DNA of 57,538 nt, the filler included, from Dugesia japonica (lineage: Eukaryota): the NCBI GenBank assembly GCA_001938525.1. It is 5 parts of 5 records of this genome, joined end to end, with 100 filler letters (N's around TTAATTAATTAA, not from the genome) between each part and the next. Parts side by side here need not be neighbours in the genome. Positions count along the whole stretch, not along the records: positions 10,015 to 20,286 come from MQRL01224157.1; positions 20,387 to 34,756 come from MQRL01518021.1; 3 more parts are not named here. One strand, written 5' to 3'. Each line of letters starts with the position of its first letter. The stretch's first letter is position 1. Made by a program: the position numbers and the translations under genes. Of the stretch, positions 10,570 to 22,710 are shown piece after piece. Under the pieces are notes generated by a model. It was given only the letters and a program-made list of their open reading frames with translations. It had not been told where the DNA came from and did no database searches.

Positions 10570-12106
10570 CAACCATAGCAATACTATTGGAGCGGTATTA
10601 TCTCAAAAGGATGAATACGGACATGAACATGTAATATCATATGGATCTCATTCCATGAATGATCATGAACTGGGTTACTGTATTACTAGAAAAGAATTGT
10701 TGGCGATCTACTATTTCTGTCGGGATTTAAATCATTACTTGTATGGTAAATGATTTACACTACGCACAGATCATAAAGCGATTGCATTCATGCTAACCAC
10801 TAAAAAAACCAATAATGGCAAATTTCCAAACACGGATCAATTATTTGAGCAGCCTGGATATTAAGATGGAATTTAGAAAAGGTACAGCACATGGTATTGC
10901 AGATATGCTTTCAAGAAATACATAGCGGAACANGCGTACAATGTTTAATGGATCATGATCAATCCAAAGTAGGGAGATTAAAAACAAAATTATTAACCAT
11001 CATGGCGGAAGATAATGGTGAAAATTGGCAAAATAATTCCAAAGAAATACAGAAAATAATTGAGAAGTTTAATTGACAGAAGACTGCTAAATTTATTGTT
11101 GAAAATTGCATTGTTTACACAAAACATAACAAGATATGGATCCCATCGTGCAATAGACAAGAAATGATTAAAAAGACTTTTCACTCTTTTACTGTGTCAT
11201 GCAGGAGCAGAAAAAACAATGAAATATATTAAAATTAATTTTGATATGAAAGATTTGGTTGCTGAAGTAAAAAGAATTATATCAGAATGTGATCAATGTC
11301 AAAAGACAAAGATAGTGACGACAAAGGTAAAAGAAGACACCAAAGTAGTAGTGGCAAATGAACCGTTCGAGAAAATATATATGGATATATGTGGACCGTG
11401 GAAAGAAACACTAAAACGAGGGAGATATATTTGTGCAATGATTGACCACTACAGTAAATATATAGTATTGACTGCTATAAATAAACAAGATGAAAAGACA
11501 ATAGTCGAAGTTTTACTGAATAATTGGATACTAAAATTTGGGGAACCGAAGGAATTACACGTAGATTGTAGGAAAAGCTTTGAAGCAAATAGTGTAAAGG
11601 AAGTGACAAGTACAGCAGGAATTGAGCTAATATTCTCTATTCCATACCATCAAAATACCAATGGCATGGTGGAAAGACAGTTTCAAACCATTAGAGAATA
11701 CATAAATGCATCATTAAAAAATCGACTTAATAAAAATTAGGCAGATATATTAACAGAAATTGAGTACACCTTGAATTCGACAACTCAGAAAACCAACAGA
11801 GTAAGCCCAGCAGAAATTGTATTTGAAAGGAAAATAAATAGATAACAATGGTTTAGTAGCATCAAAGTAGATAAAGAAGCAATGATGATGAAATTTGAAT
11901 CACAAAAGAAGTAAGATTACATCATTTGAATGTTGGAAACGATGTTCTAATTAAACCAGAAATACGTAAAAAAGATCGAGATAGATATGTAGGACCATAT
12001 ACGGTCACCAAGAAAATACATGAAAGAAGTTAATTACTAAAAGATGTTACAGAGAAAACAGTGATTAGAAATATAGAGAAGATTAAAGATTTTAAAAAAG
12101 GAGGGA
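10570..12106 (+). mobile_element. Ty3/Gypsy pol remnant (RNase H + integrase) with polypurine tract
   Basis: IGAVLSQ...CITRKELLAIYY...YLYGK*FTLRTDHKA...ADMLSR; HAG...CDQCQK; PFEKIYMDICGP...IDHYSKY...NGMVER. PPT AAAAAAGGAGGGA at 12094-12106. Confidence 0.92.
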
Positions 12107-12355
12107 TGTTAGGAGTTGAAAAATAAACTCATATTTGTAATATTAAAAATCATCATTTTTAAATAATTTTAATAAATTTAATATTGATTATTATAGCTAA
12201 TAAATTTGTCAACATTAAAATAATTTAGCCTTGAAGAACTTTGTTTAAATATTCTGAATAAGAATATTAATTTTTATTGTTAAATAAATCTTTTAGTTAT
12301 TGAAATTATTTAATGGAGATTAAAACTGAACCCAATAACTTTGCGACAGCTAACA
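12107..12355 (+). repeat. Putative 3' LTR of the Gypsy element
   Basis: Begins TGTTAG immediately after the PPT and ends CTAACA (6-bp terminal inverted repeat). Confidence 0.7.
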
Positions 12356-13059
12356 ATCACCTTTTAAATCTTTGATGGTATTTTCAATTAAAAACATTTT
12401 TTAGATTTTTAAATATGTTGATTTAAATCACTCTTTTACATTTTTCACATATATGTATTGAAGGCATTTTATATATAGGAAAAATTTAAAACAACAGAAA
12501 ATAGTTGTCTGAATAAATTTTTGAATTTATGAAGATTTTTTTATAAATATTTTTTTCTGTGAATAATAAATTATGATAAAAATGAAGATTTCGTTTNNNN
12601 NAATTTCTTTTAAAATGTACTTTTGCATGATATTGAGAATCAGAAACTCTATTATATATTTTACAAAAAAAATTAACTGCTTCTTTATCGGAGGAAATTA
12701 AACAAATTTCTGATTTTATATGTTGTTTTAATCTTTGATGACTTTTAAATTGTTTATTACAGAGATAATTATTACAATTATAATATTGAGTTAATTTATA
12801 AGCTTTAAAATTAATATGAGAACTTTAATTTTAAATATTTTATTACAATTTGTATAATTCATTAGAAAAAAATTTTAACAGGGGCTTTTTTTAAACAAGA
12901 AACATTTGATTCATGAAGAAGATGAATTATCCTTATGATTATAAATATTGTAAAGCTTCTGTATAGGTTCATAAGCGACGATTTTTTAATTAAAGATAAT
13001 TTTAATTTAAGATTTTTTATTCATGGGGAAGCTTTTGTTGAAAATTAATTTCTTAATGT

Positions 13060-13800
13060 TAATTTCTTAAGTTCAGTATTTTTACAATAATTACATCCTA
13101 GAGGTTTTGAACAGTTTCTTGCAATGTTTTCTTCTTTCCCATTATAACACTCAGTTCTATTCTTTCAAGCATTTGATGTTGTTTCGTCGGTAAGATGTTT
13201 TTATAACTTGATTTTTTGTCTTCTTTTAAATTATAAATCGGAGATTTGTTTCATTAAAATTGCTATTTCATGGGATCTCATTGATGATCGTTCTTTTTTG
13301 TCTTTTGAATAAGATTAAATGTTTTTTCACATGAAATTGGCGTCGTCAATTCAGTCACTTGGTAGCATTTTGATTGTTAATCCCTTTTAAATATATTTTA
13401 ATCAGGATCCATTCTCGTTCTATATCTAACTATTGTTTCATACCTGCAACTCGTAAAGTCGTTAAATATTCGAAAATAGACATATTTTCCTTGATGCAAT
13501 TAATAGACTAACCTAATAGATCATTTTTTCTGCGATATAATTTAATCAACTCCTCTTTAATCTTTCATAATTTGACATATTGTATTAAAAATTTGGTCTT
13601 CATTTTAATTCTAACCTTACATTTTCTTCTAAACTGTTTGTTCGATTTTTCTGTTTGGCTTGATATGTTTTGTTCTGTTAAATACTTCTCTATCTCATAT
13701 ATATGATTTTTGATGTTGTCATTTATCTGTAACTGTTTGTGAAAACTCGTATTTCCCTGTTGAAATTTGAAAAATTCTACCAAACCTGCACTTGGCGCCA
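13060..13800 (-). mobile_element. Decayed LTR-retrotransposon gag region with a PBS-like site
   Basis: The minus strand reads ...CAACA-TGGCGCC (LTR end plus PBS-like). Downstream is an eroded zinc knuckle ECYNGKEENIARNCSKPLGCNYCK. Confidence 0.5.
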
Positions 13801-14233
13801 TGTTGTTTTGATAACTAAATATATTTTAAAAAAAAGCTGAATCGGCTAAACAACATCTATTTCTACAGTTAAAATGAACAGAAATCTTCAATTTTCTTTA
13901 TCTTGTTCACATCTTGATAGTACATTTTTTGTTCAATGAGAACTATTGAGGTATTCAGAGTATATTAAATACCAACTTTTAATTCTTTAAAAAAAATATT
14001 ATTTAAAGTTAATGTTAAATTATATATCTTAACCAGGGTGCAATTAAAATTTTTACTTATAGTTAGATTACTTGCTTTAATAATTAAATACAACTTTTTA
14101 AAAATTAATCATATTTTGTTCTTTAAGCTAAGTGATTGTTTAAATAGCGAATTTTTAAAATACGGACATCTCTTCTAAAAGAATTACTCGTTTACTTTGG
14201 CACCTTAAAATCGTAATTTGTTTTTAAACCATT

Positions 14234-15376
14234 ATGGATAAACAAGATGAGTCAATACTTTTAGCAAACGCTTGTTCAGTAAATTTTGCAATTTACTTGA
14301 GTCATCTTTTAATTATTTAGGTTCTTATATTTGATTTAAGTCATATAATATGGCTTCGGGAAGTCCCACTATTAATGAAAGATGGAGAAAAATATGTTTA
14401 AATTTAAAATTATTATAATATTAAATAATAATTTTACTTAGAAAGAAGTTCTTATATTTTCTGAAAGCGAAACATATAGTTGGACTATTTATAAGTGTTT
14501 CAAAAAGCAATTTAAAAACTTACAGAAATATTGCTCAGTAACTTATAAAAATTTATTAGAATATACTTATTAAAATAGTTAATCACTAAATTTAGAGAAG
14601 TTGAATTATTTATTGATGAAATTGAAGACGGATTGCAAATAGGAAATTTAATAATTGATGTATGATAATTGTACTGAGAAATCAGTAAAAATAGAGTAAT
14701 GTTAACACTAATTTAGAATGATTTACTGAAAAAGATACGTCAGGAAACTGAAATATTAAAAAAGTGCTTTACTTATTCTTCGAAAATGGGTTCAATTATG
14801 CATCGCTCCATGCCACATAGATTTTGCAATCAGGTTCCAATCAAGGCCACTGTAATAGAAGGATTTGATAAAGTATAACTTTTATTTGTATTATAAGTAT
14901 TCACAGTTTAGGATTTATATTGCTTTTTAAAAAATGAAGTAGTAGAAATTGTAAAGATGAAAAGTGAAGTTAGCTGGAAAGTATTCATATATTGTCATTA
15001 ACATAAATATCATTTAATTTAGATAAAAACAAAAGATGGTAATATGCATTTAGTTTCACCAATCTATCTAAAATTGCATTGTGATTCTGGTGAAAAAGAA
15101 ATTATTAAAAAGTAAGTTTTACTCATGAGAAAATTTTACGTTTTTCAGACTTTTGGAAAGAATGGAGATCATAATCAATAGTATTTACAAAAAATATTTG
15201 AGTGCAGAAAAATTAATAAATGGGAACAATGTAAATAATGTTATCTATTATCCTTGCTCATTTATTTTTAGTTGTGTATTAATGAAAATGTTAAGAAAAT
15301 AGAAAAAATTTCAAACTTCTTCTTTAGTATGATTATTTTTCAACTTTCTTTCATCATTTTAAATCCAATATTTTAA
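14234..15376 (+). CDS. Multi-exon host gene with a plakin-type SH3-like domain
   Basis: Eight short GT-AG introns splice in frame: MDKQDESILLANACS|VLIFDL...EKY|KEVLIF...KYCS|LITKFRE...IID|NDLLKK...VPIKATVIEGFDK|DLYCFLKNEVVEIVKMKSEVSWK|IKTKDGNMHLVSPIYLKLH...|LLERME...|LCINE...NPIF*. The true start and end may differ. Confidence 0.75.
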
Positions 15377-15679
15377 ATTATTTAAATAATAATTGTATGA
15401 GTATACTGTAAATAATCAATCGTTTACTGATTATGCAGAAAGGGAATTCTTCTTTAAAGTCGTCATTTCAAAAAAAAGTCAATAAATTTAAATTGGTTTA
15501 AAAAGGAGTTTAACATAAATTTTAAAGTTAATAATTAAATTTTAAGTAAAACTGTATTTGGGCAAATATAACGTTAATTTATTTAATGTTATAGTTATCG
15601 TGATTTGGTTGTTTTAATATAATTGAGCAATTGTGTAATTTTTCATTTTTTAATAGTTTATTTTGGAAAATAGTGTAAG

Positions 15680-16973
15680 TGGCGGCTACTGGGAATGTCA
15701 AGGAAAATTAATTTAAAGTCTTATCTGATAAGAATCGGAAGTTAATCAATTTTAATATAAAAAGATGCCTCAAAAGCTACAAAATGGATCAAAGAAATCG
15801 AAAAAATGGTTTACTTTTAACGATTTAAGTTTAATGATAATTTGCGAATTATTGTTGTCACAAGCTGGAGTTGTGTGGCAAAATGTTAAATAAAGATGAA
15901 TAACAAATTAAGATTCACAAAAGTGATTTAAAATAAAGAAATCAATCTCGGAAATGATCATGAAGCTCGCACAATTAGACAAGAATCAGAAGAGATATGT
16001 GACGTTCGAAATACGAGTAAAAAAATTAAACTTTATACTCCATTTAGGATTATGTCATGAATGAAAATCCTCATGAGATGCTTACATTTAAACCAGGCTT
16101 TAAAGTTGTCGATATAAGATCTCTTGCAAAAATATAGGAAGATAAAGAATATTTAAAGTTATCCAAATGTTAAACCGAATTAATTATGAGACAAGTGCTT
16201 TAAGCCAGACATCGAGTATTTTTGAAACAAATATTAATTTAAGATATAGACAACTAAGAANNNNNNNNNNNNNNNNNNNNNNNNNNNNGTGATTACGGAA
16301 GTAAAAAATCAATAGTTTCAATGAAACAGTTTACAAGGTGCTATTTTAACAGGCTTAGAGTATTTCCAGAACGACAAGAAGGATAATTACAACTGAAATT
16401 TTTTCAAAAATTTCAACAATAATATTTTATGATTTGATTTCAAAAGATTTTTTACCAAAATGCAGAAAATTTCGCAAGGATCATTTTGCTTTTTCCAATA
16501 TTTTTTCTGAATTTTGTAAAAAAAATTTCTTCTCAAAATTGGTCGTCAAAGTATCTATTAGATAGATAATTTTGTGCATATTCCAAATCATAAATTAAAA
16601 TCGCCAAATGATAAAAAGTTATTGAAAACACTAAAATTTTAAAAGATAGACATTATTGTACAACATGGAGATTAGTTTCTTATTTGTTAGATGACGATAT
16701 GGTGAAAGAATATGATAAATCGTTGAAAAAGTTTGAAGAGTTTAATGCTCTTTTACGTTTGTCATTTGAGAAAGAGACATGTTATCAAAGATTTTCAAAA
16801 ATTGATTGACTACGGGCGTGGAAAAAAAGAGTTTCAAGTTTATTTTAAGAATTTAAAAGATTTAATGGAAAGATTATTTACGAATAAAGATATTCCTATA
16901 CTTGAAAATTCGAATATCTAGCAAAATAGGATGGTCACCACGTGGAGGTGGTCACTTTTGAGAGGTTCCACTG
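15680..16973 (+). mobile_element. Decayed coding-like region ending in a pogo/Tigger-type terminal inverted repeat
   Basis: The right end ...GAGAGGTTCCACTG|TA is the reverse complement of TA-CAGTGGAACCTC. The internal frames are broken and unrecognised. No left end found. Confidence 0.4.
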
Positions 16974-17493
16974 TACATGTTTTGTATGATTTAAATTTTA
17001 TTACCGTGTTTAAATTCCTATTAAAAACAAATTATTCCTTAAAACCGAAATTACATTTAAATATATTTATATTATAAAATGCTTCCAATTTTTTGTGGAT
17101 TTGGATTTTAACATCTTAATTTTTAACTATTTTGCAAATAATCATTACGACGTAATATTGGAGTAAGGATCTGACGTTGTTATTTCAAGGGTGAACAATC
17201 TGCCAAAATTGTATATAGTCATTTATAGCCGCAATGTGAGAAAATTTTAGTAATTAAATTAATACATTCTGATTTAATATAGACTCGATTTTAGTTAATT
17301 TTTAGAATCCAAATTAAGTCAACATCGATATGACATACTCTCAACGATGGCATTATCCAATGGTTCAGAAATAATAATTAGACTAATTACAATAATATAT
17401 TGACAGTTTTATTTTAATAATATCATCCCTTTTTACCATATCATTTAAATTAAAAAAAAATTAAACTTAACAATTAACAGTACTGGTGAAATA

Positions 17494-18541
17494 CTAGGTT
17501 GTCCAAAAAATACCTAGCCTTTACCATTTATAACAGGCCTAGTGAAAATTGATATTCTTATACAAATACAATATTCTAAATCACGGAATATAAAAGTTTA
17601 TTGAGATCTGTAAATTATTTTATTTTATACAATCAAATAATTTATTTTTAGTAGTTGCATTTTTAAAAGTGGAAAAAATATGAATTTCGGTTAGTAATCA
17701 AGCATTGTTCTACGAAAGTGAAAAACGCTGCAGAAACCAAATCAAGTCTGGAAAAGCATTATGGGGAATCAGCACCATCGTATTCCACCATTAAAAATTG
17801 GTTTTCGGAATTCAAACTTGATCACTATGCACTGAAGATGAGTGTCGTAGTGATCGTCCAATTGAGGCAACAACTGACGAAAACACCAAAGTAATACACA
17901 AAATGATAATGGAAGATCGAAAAATTAAAATAAGATAAATTGCTGAGACATTTCCGAAAACAGTACATGGTGTATAATACATGAAAGATTACAAATAAAA
18001 AAAGCTTGTTGCAAAATGGGTGTCGCGTTCCTGAACCATTGATCAAAAACCACATTGTATTAATGCTTCGGTGAATAGTTATGACTATCATTTTCTGGGA
18101 TGCCAAAGGTATATTATTTATAGACTACCTTGAGAAAGGGCAGATTATAAGAGGGTTGCTTTATCGTTTGAAGAATTAAATCAAAAGAAACCGACTACAT
18201 TTAATGAAGATAAAAGTGCTGTTTTATCATCACAAAGTACTCACAGATCACTTGTTGCTCAATCAAAATTACACGAATAAGGCTTCAAATTGTTTACTCA
18301 GCCTCCATATTCTCCGGATTTCGTACCCTGTGACTTTCTTTTTATTCCTCTATTTCTAGAGATTTCTTTCAGGCAAGAGATTCAATTCAAATACGGAAGG
18401 GAAACAGGCAATAAAAGCATATTTTGGTGGAATACATAAAAAAACTCGAGAAACGCTGAAAGCCTTCTGTTGAATAAAATAAGTGATTTTGTTTGATTTT
18501 ATTGTTCTCTTAAATAGGGCAAGAACTTTTGGACAGCCTAG
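17494..18541 (+). mobile_element. Mariner element, internally deleted and degenerate
   Basis: TIRs CTAGGTTGTCCAAAA / TTTTGGACAGCCTAG flanked by TA. Transposase remnants GESAPSYSTIKNWF, AKWVSR, IFWDAKGILFIDYLEKG, QPPYSPDFVPCDF. Confidence 0.92.
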
Positions 18542-18602
18542 TATTATCCAAATATTAAAACTGTAATCTTATGCTGATCATTTTGATAGTGTTGAAATGG
18601 AT

Positions 18603-18833
18603 TTTATAGTTGCAATTATTTCGAGAATAATTGTTGGACGTAACCATTGATCGTTTTACAAAATTCATTTAAAATAAAGCTTCGATCAAAATTTGTTATT
18701 TTGGTTTTTTTGAAATTAATTCGATATTTCGACTTGTCTTTGTCAGGAAAGTCAATTCCTGACGAAGATAAGTCGAAATATCGAATTAATCTAAAAAAAA
18801 CAAATTTTGATCGAAGCTTTCATTTTAAATGAA
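18603..18833. mobile_element. Penelope-like palindromic insert with 11-bp TSD
   Basis: Direct repeat TTGAAATGGAT (18592-18602, 18834-18844). Long inverted repeat centred near 18752. Same family as 7102 and 51369. Confidence 0.7.
18754..18787 (+). ncRNA. Minimal type I hammerhead ribozyme motif
   Basis: AAUUC-CUGACGA-AGAUAAGUC-GAAA-UAUC-GAAUU: conserved core, short stem II, stem I AAUUC/GAAUU, predicted AUC cleavage triplet, near-absent stem III. Confidence 0.6.
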
Positions 18834-19689
18834 TTGAAATGGATATTTGAATAACACGTTATAATCTCGAAAACAGTTTATGGAATATTTGTTTATTAGT
18901 ATATTTGTTATTTGGTAATAAAATCGATATTTGTAGATTCTAAAATTTTTTGATGTAATTTTAATTCATTAACTTTTAGATGAATTCGAAAATACAGAAT
19001 TTATGAGAACTAGTTATAATAAAATCAATGTGAGTTTATTTTAAGTTTATTTACTTCAATTAGTTATTGTTTAGTAGTTTTATAGAATTGGTTTTAGAGT
19101 CAAAATGAATTATGGAAAACCAATCCTTTTTCAAAATTTTAAATATACAGTGGAATCCTGTTAAATGTATCTAAAGGTCTCATTGCCAGAGATTGTGGGT
19201 TAATAAACCGTGGCAAATACTTACTATTTCAATGTTTTTCTAATAATGACTGCTTAATATTAGAGGACAATTAAAATAATAAATGCGTTTATTAATGTGA
19301 TACTTACAAACTAATTTAAGTAAATATTCTAAAATTCACATTTATTTTCAAACGCAAAAACAATTAAATAAAACAACACCTTTCCTATTGTAATTAATTG
19401 CCACATTCGTCCTCTCCCCCCTCCAACAAACAGCTCAATAAATCAAGGTTTTTATCTATTTCATTTTTGTTTTTGCACTTGAAACTGAAATTCCTGTAAA
19501 AGTAAATTCCGTTTAGCAATCTTGTTTCTTGATTTTATTCGTACGTAGCCATGACAATAGTTTATGATCTTATTGCAGGATGAATTGGTGACCTTATAAG
19601 TATTCATGGAATGAGGAAACGGTAACCGGACAAAATGATATGAGGACCAAATGGTATTGACAAAACTTATAACATAAGTAAATATAAAG

Positions 19690-20085
19690 AAACTGCAATC
19701 AGAAGGCTTCTCATGCGCCTTCTTGCTCTAGCATTTATTCTACCCAATGACTTATTACATGTCACTGCAGATTCAGCATACAGAGAAATCGAAGCAATTT
19801 GTGATTATATTGAGGATAACTTCATTTGAAGACAAAGAAGAAGAAGAGATCCGCCGAGGGTTTTTGATTAAACTGTGGAATCAATATTATAGAGTTATTG
19901 ATAACTTGCGACTCAGCAACAATGCACTCGAGAATTGGAAAAATATTTTCGACAACGTTGGTTGGGTGTATTCTTTCGTAACTAAATTGGCAAGAAAATT
20001 AAAACAAAAACAGCATAGCACAAATACATCGCTGACAGCTGGAACTGGGAACAACTTCGGAAAGAAGAAATCTACGTTCGTATAA
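19690..20085 (+). pseudogene. MULE (Mutator-like) transposase C-terminal remnant
   Basis: RLLALAF.P...F.IKLWNQY.RV.DNL..SNNALENW...F......VYSFV..L matches the MULE W...RTNN..E.W motif. Confidence 0.7.
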
Positions 20086-20285
20086 ACGAAGCACTTCGCA
20101 GTATGGTACTTGATTACTACAATCATATATATTGGAATTATTGCAGTAGTGATGAACATAAATATTGTAATGTGACTGTGCAAACTTTTCGCTTTATTAT
20201 AATCAATGTTTTAAATGTGTAAGTAGTTTCCTCAGAATCTTTTATTTTGTTATTTGGTTCCATAAAAATTAACACTTGAGTTGTA

Positions 20286-20386
20286 ANNNNNNNNNNNNNN
20301 NNNNNNNNNNNNNNNNNNNNNNNNNNNNNNTTAATTAATTAANNNNNNNNNNNNNNNNNNNNNNNNNNNNNNNNNNNNNNNNNNNN
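20286..20386. other. Artificial contig spacer
   Basis: N-run, TTAATTAATTAA, N-run. Confidence 0.95.
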
Positions 20387-21302
20387 GGAATATCGATAAA
20401 ATTACCAATCAATTCTTCATCAATCGAATATTGATATCCGTAATTGAAAATATGTTTTTCCATTAATAAATCATTTTTATCTCTAATTGTTATCAACATG
20501 GTTTCTGTATTAAATTTAATCAATGTTTTACTATTGTTTCTTAGAAAAAACTGCAACTGAAAAGCAGTATGTATTGAATGTGAAATTTGGAAATTTCTTT
20601 CACAGTCCAGCTACAAAGATCTTCTGTTATCAGTATTTGCCATATAAATGTAACTAAATCATATATTAACTTTATATTTACAAAATAATAAAATAACCTA
20701 AAAAATATTTCATCATATTGATTTCAGGAAATTATTTCAATAGTGAAATAGTAATTATTTGTAAATTCTTATTTCAATATCCTTGGGTTCAATGATAAGA
20801 ATGTGTAAATAAAACCTAAGATATATAGCGAATTATCAGATTAAAAACTTCAAGATTTGTGCGCATGCATAAATTATTATTATATATTATAAATCATAAA
20901 TTATATTAACATTTTACAATTTATGTAATTTGGATTTTCTCTCCACACAATTTATCAAATTTTATGTATTTGGCCTAATTAGTTGACATTTAGATGTCAG
21001 TTTGATTCCTATCAAATATAATGGTTCACAATTGCTATCGTTCATTAGCCTATGCTGTGCAGTTGGGTTATCTTGATGTATAAATTTCCTTTCCAGTTCT
21101 TTGTTTAAGATTTCAAATATTTCTTTGGCCTTTTTTATAGATCCTCTGTTTGTCATTATTATATTAAACGATATTCCTAATCAATTTCTGTTCTTAATTC
21201 ATTAAATCAACATAAATATTAAATGCAAATAACAACCCTATAATAATGTAGAAATTGCTCAATCTTTTTTATCTTTTAGATAAGTCTAGCGTGAGAATAA
21301 GA

Positions 21303-21670
21303 TGTTGATTGAAATAGAAATACAAATATAAAACAATGTATATAAAAATAGTACAACCAAGCATAAAAATAAAATAATAATAATTAGAAAATCAATTAGA
21401 GTAACAAAAATGATATCAATCGAATTCACATTTTTAAGCAATTGTAGCAATGTATTTATGAAATCAAAACAAAATAAAAAAAGAACTATTCTACAATAAT
21501 ACATTAATTAATCCTAAGTGAACGTTTATTATAGGCATATGAGTCACAACTTTTGAAGGAATTAACGGTTAATAATGATTACAAAACTGGTGTTTTGATA
21601 ACTAAAAGGAACTAGATACACAAAATATAATTAAAAAACTGCCGATTACAATTAGTTCGACTATACAACA
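21303..21670 (-). repeat. Putative LTR of the minus-strand Gypsy element
   Basis: The minus strand reads PPT AAAAGAGGGA then TGTTG. A possible CAACA end lies near 21303. Confidence 0.55.
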
Positions 21671-21679
21671 TCCCTCTTT

Positions 21680-22710
21680 TACATCCCTCTATCGTATTTA
21701 TTGTTGGTATTTAGGATTTACTTTTCGCTCTCAAATTGGGTAACGCCTGTCTTTACTTTCGGTTTTCTGTAACTCTAATGTATTAGGTCTCGTTGTTCCG
21801 TTGAGGATAGATTCAGATTTGTAACTAGTTTGACGAATCTCTCCCTTGAACCGTTTTACTTGGTGAATATTCCTTGTTANNNNNNNNNNNNNNNNNNNNN
21901 NNNNNNNNNNNNNNNNNNNNNNNNNNNNNTCTCTCCCTTGAACCGTTTTACTTGGTGAATATTCCTTGTTATTATTTTATTGTTCAGTAAAAGCTCTAAA
22001 TTAATTTTAGGTAAAATATTATTAACTTTCCATAGTTCTGAGAATCTCCTCCTAAGCATACCCCTCTCGTTGGTTTTTACCATAACCAAATCCCCTACTT
22101 TGGCTTTGTTTTGTTCTGTTCGTGGTTCATCCGGTATTTTTAGCTGGTTTCTTTTCTCCTTTATATTGTTTTCTGCAAACTCTTTCTTTGCCTGTTCATT
22201 TGTTTTCTGATTATTTATTTCTCCTGAAGCGATCCTAGTACTTAATCTCATTTTAGTACCAAATATTATTTCGAATGGTGAAATATTATGTTTCTTTGAT
22301 TTAGCTGATCGCATGCTCATTTTTGCAAATGGTAAAATTTCTACCCAATTTTGTTTATTCGATTGGCTCATCGTATATATTTTATCTTTTGCCGTCCTGA
22401 AGGCCCATTCTATTAGTCAATTTCCCTCATGGTAATATGGAGACAAATATAATTGACTTATCTGTAGCTTCTTGCATAATCTATTCATTGATAATGACTT
22501 AAATTGTGTTTTAGGAATTCTAGAATATGCTATCCATCTTTCTATTATATATTTTGTGAAACCCTCTGCGGTAATATTTTTCATTGGAATTAATGATACA
22601 TACCTGGAGTATACGTCTATTATGCCTAAGATGTATGAATAACCGGCTACTGTTGTTAATAGTCCTGTAATGTCTACACATATTGTTTCAAATGGCTCCG
22701 TTACCAGAAC
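21680..22710 (-). mobile_element. Ty3/Gypsy integrase remnant
   Basis: EPFETICVDITG...YILGIIDVYSRY...SPYYHEGN...W..ILPFA.MSMRS...SPFEIIFG...KVGDLVMVK. Confidence 0.88.

Noticed and set aside
21837-21969. Direct repeat around an N gap in the integrase tail
   Set aside because: Identical sequence on both sides of a gap is a typical scaffolding overlap artefact.
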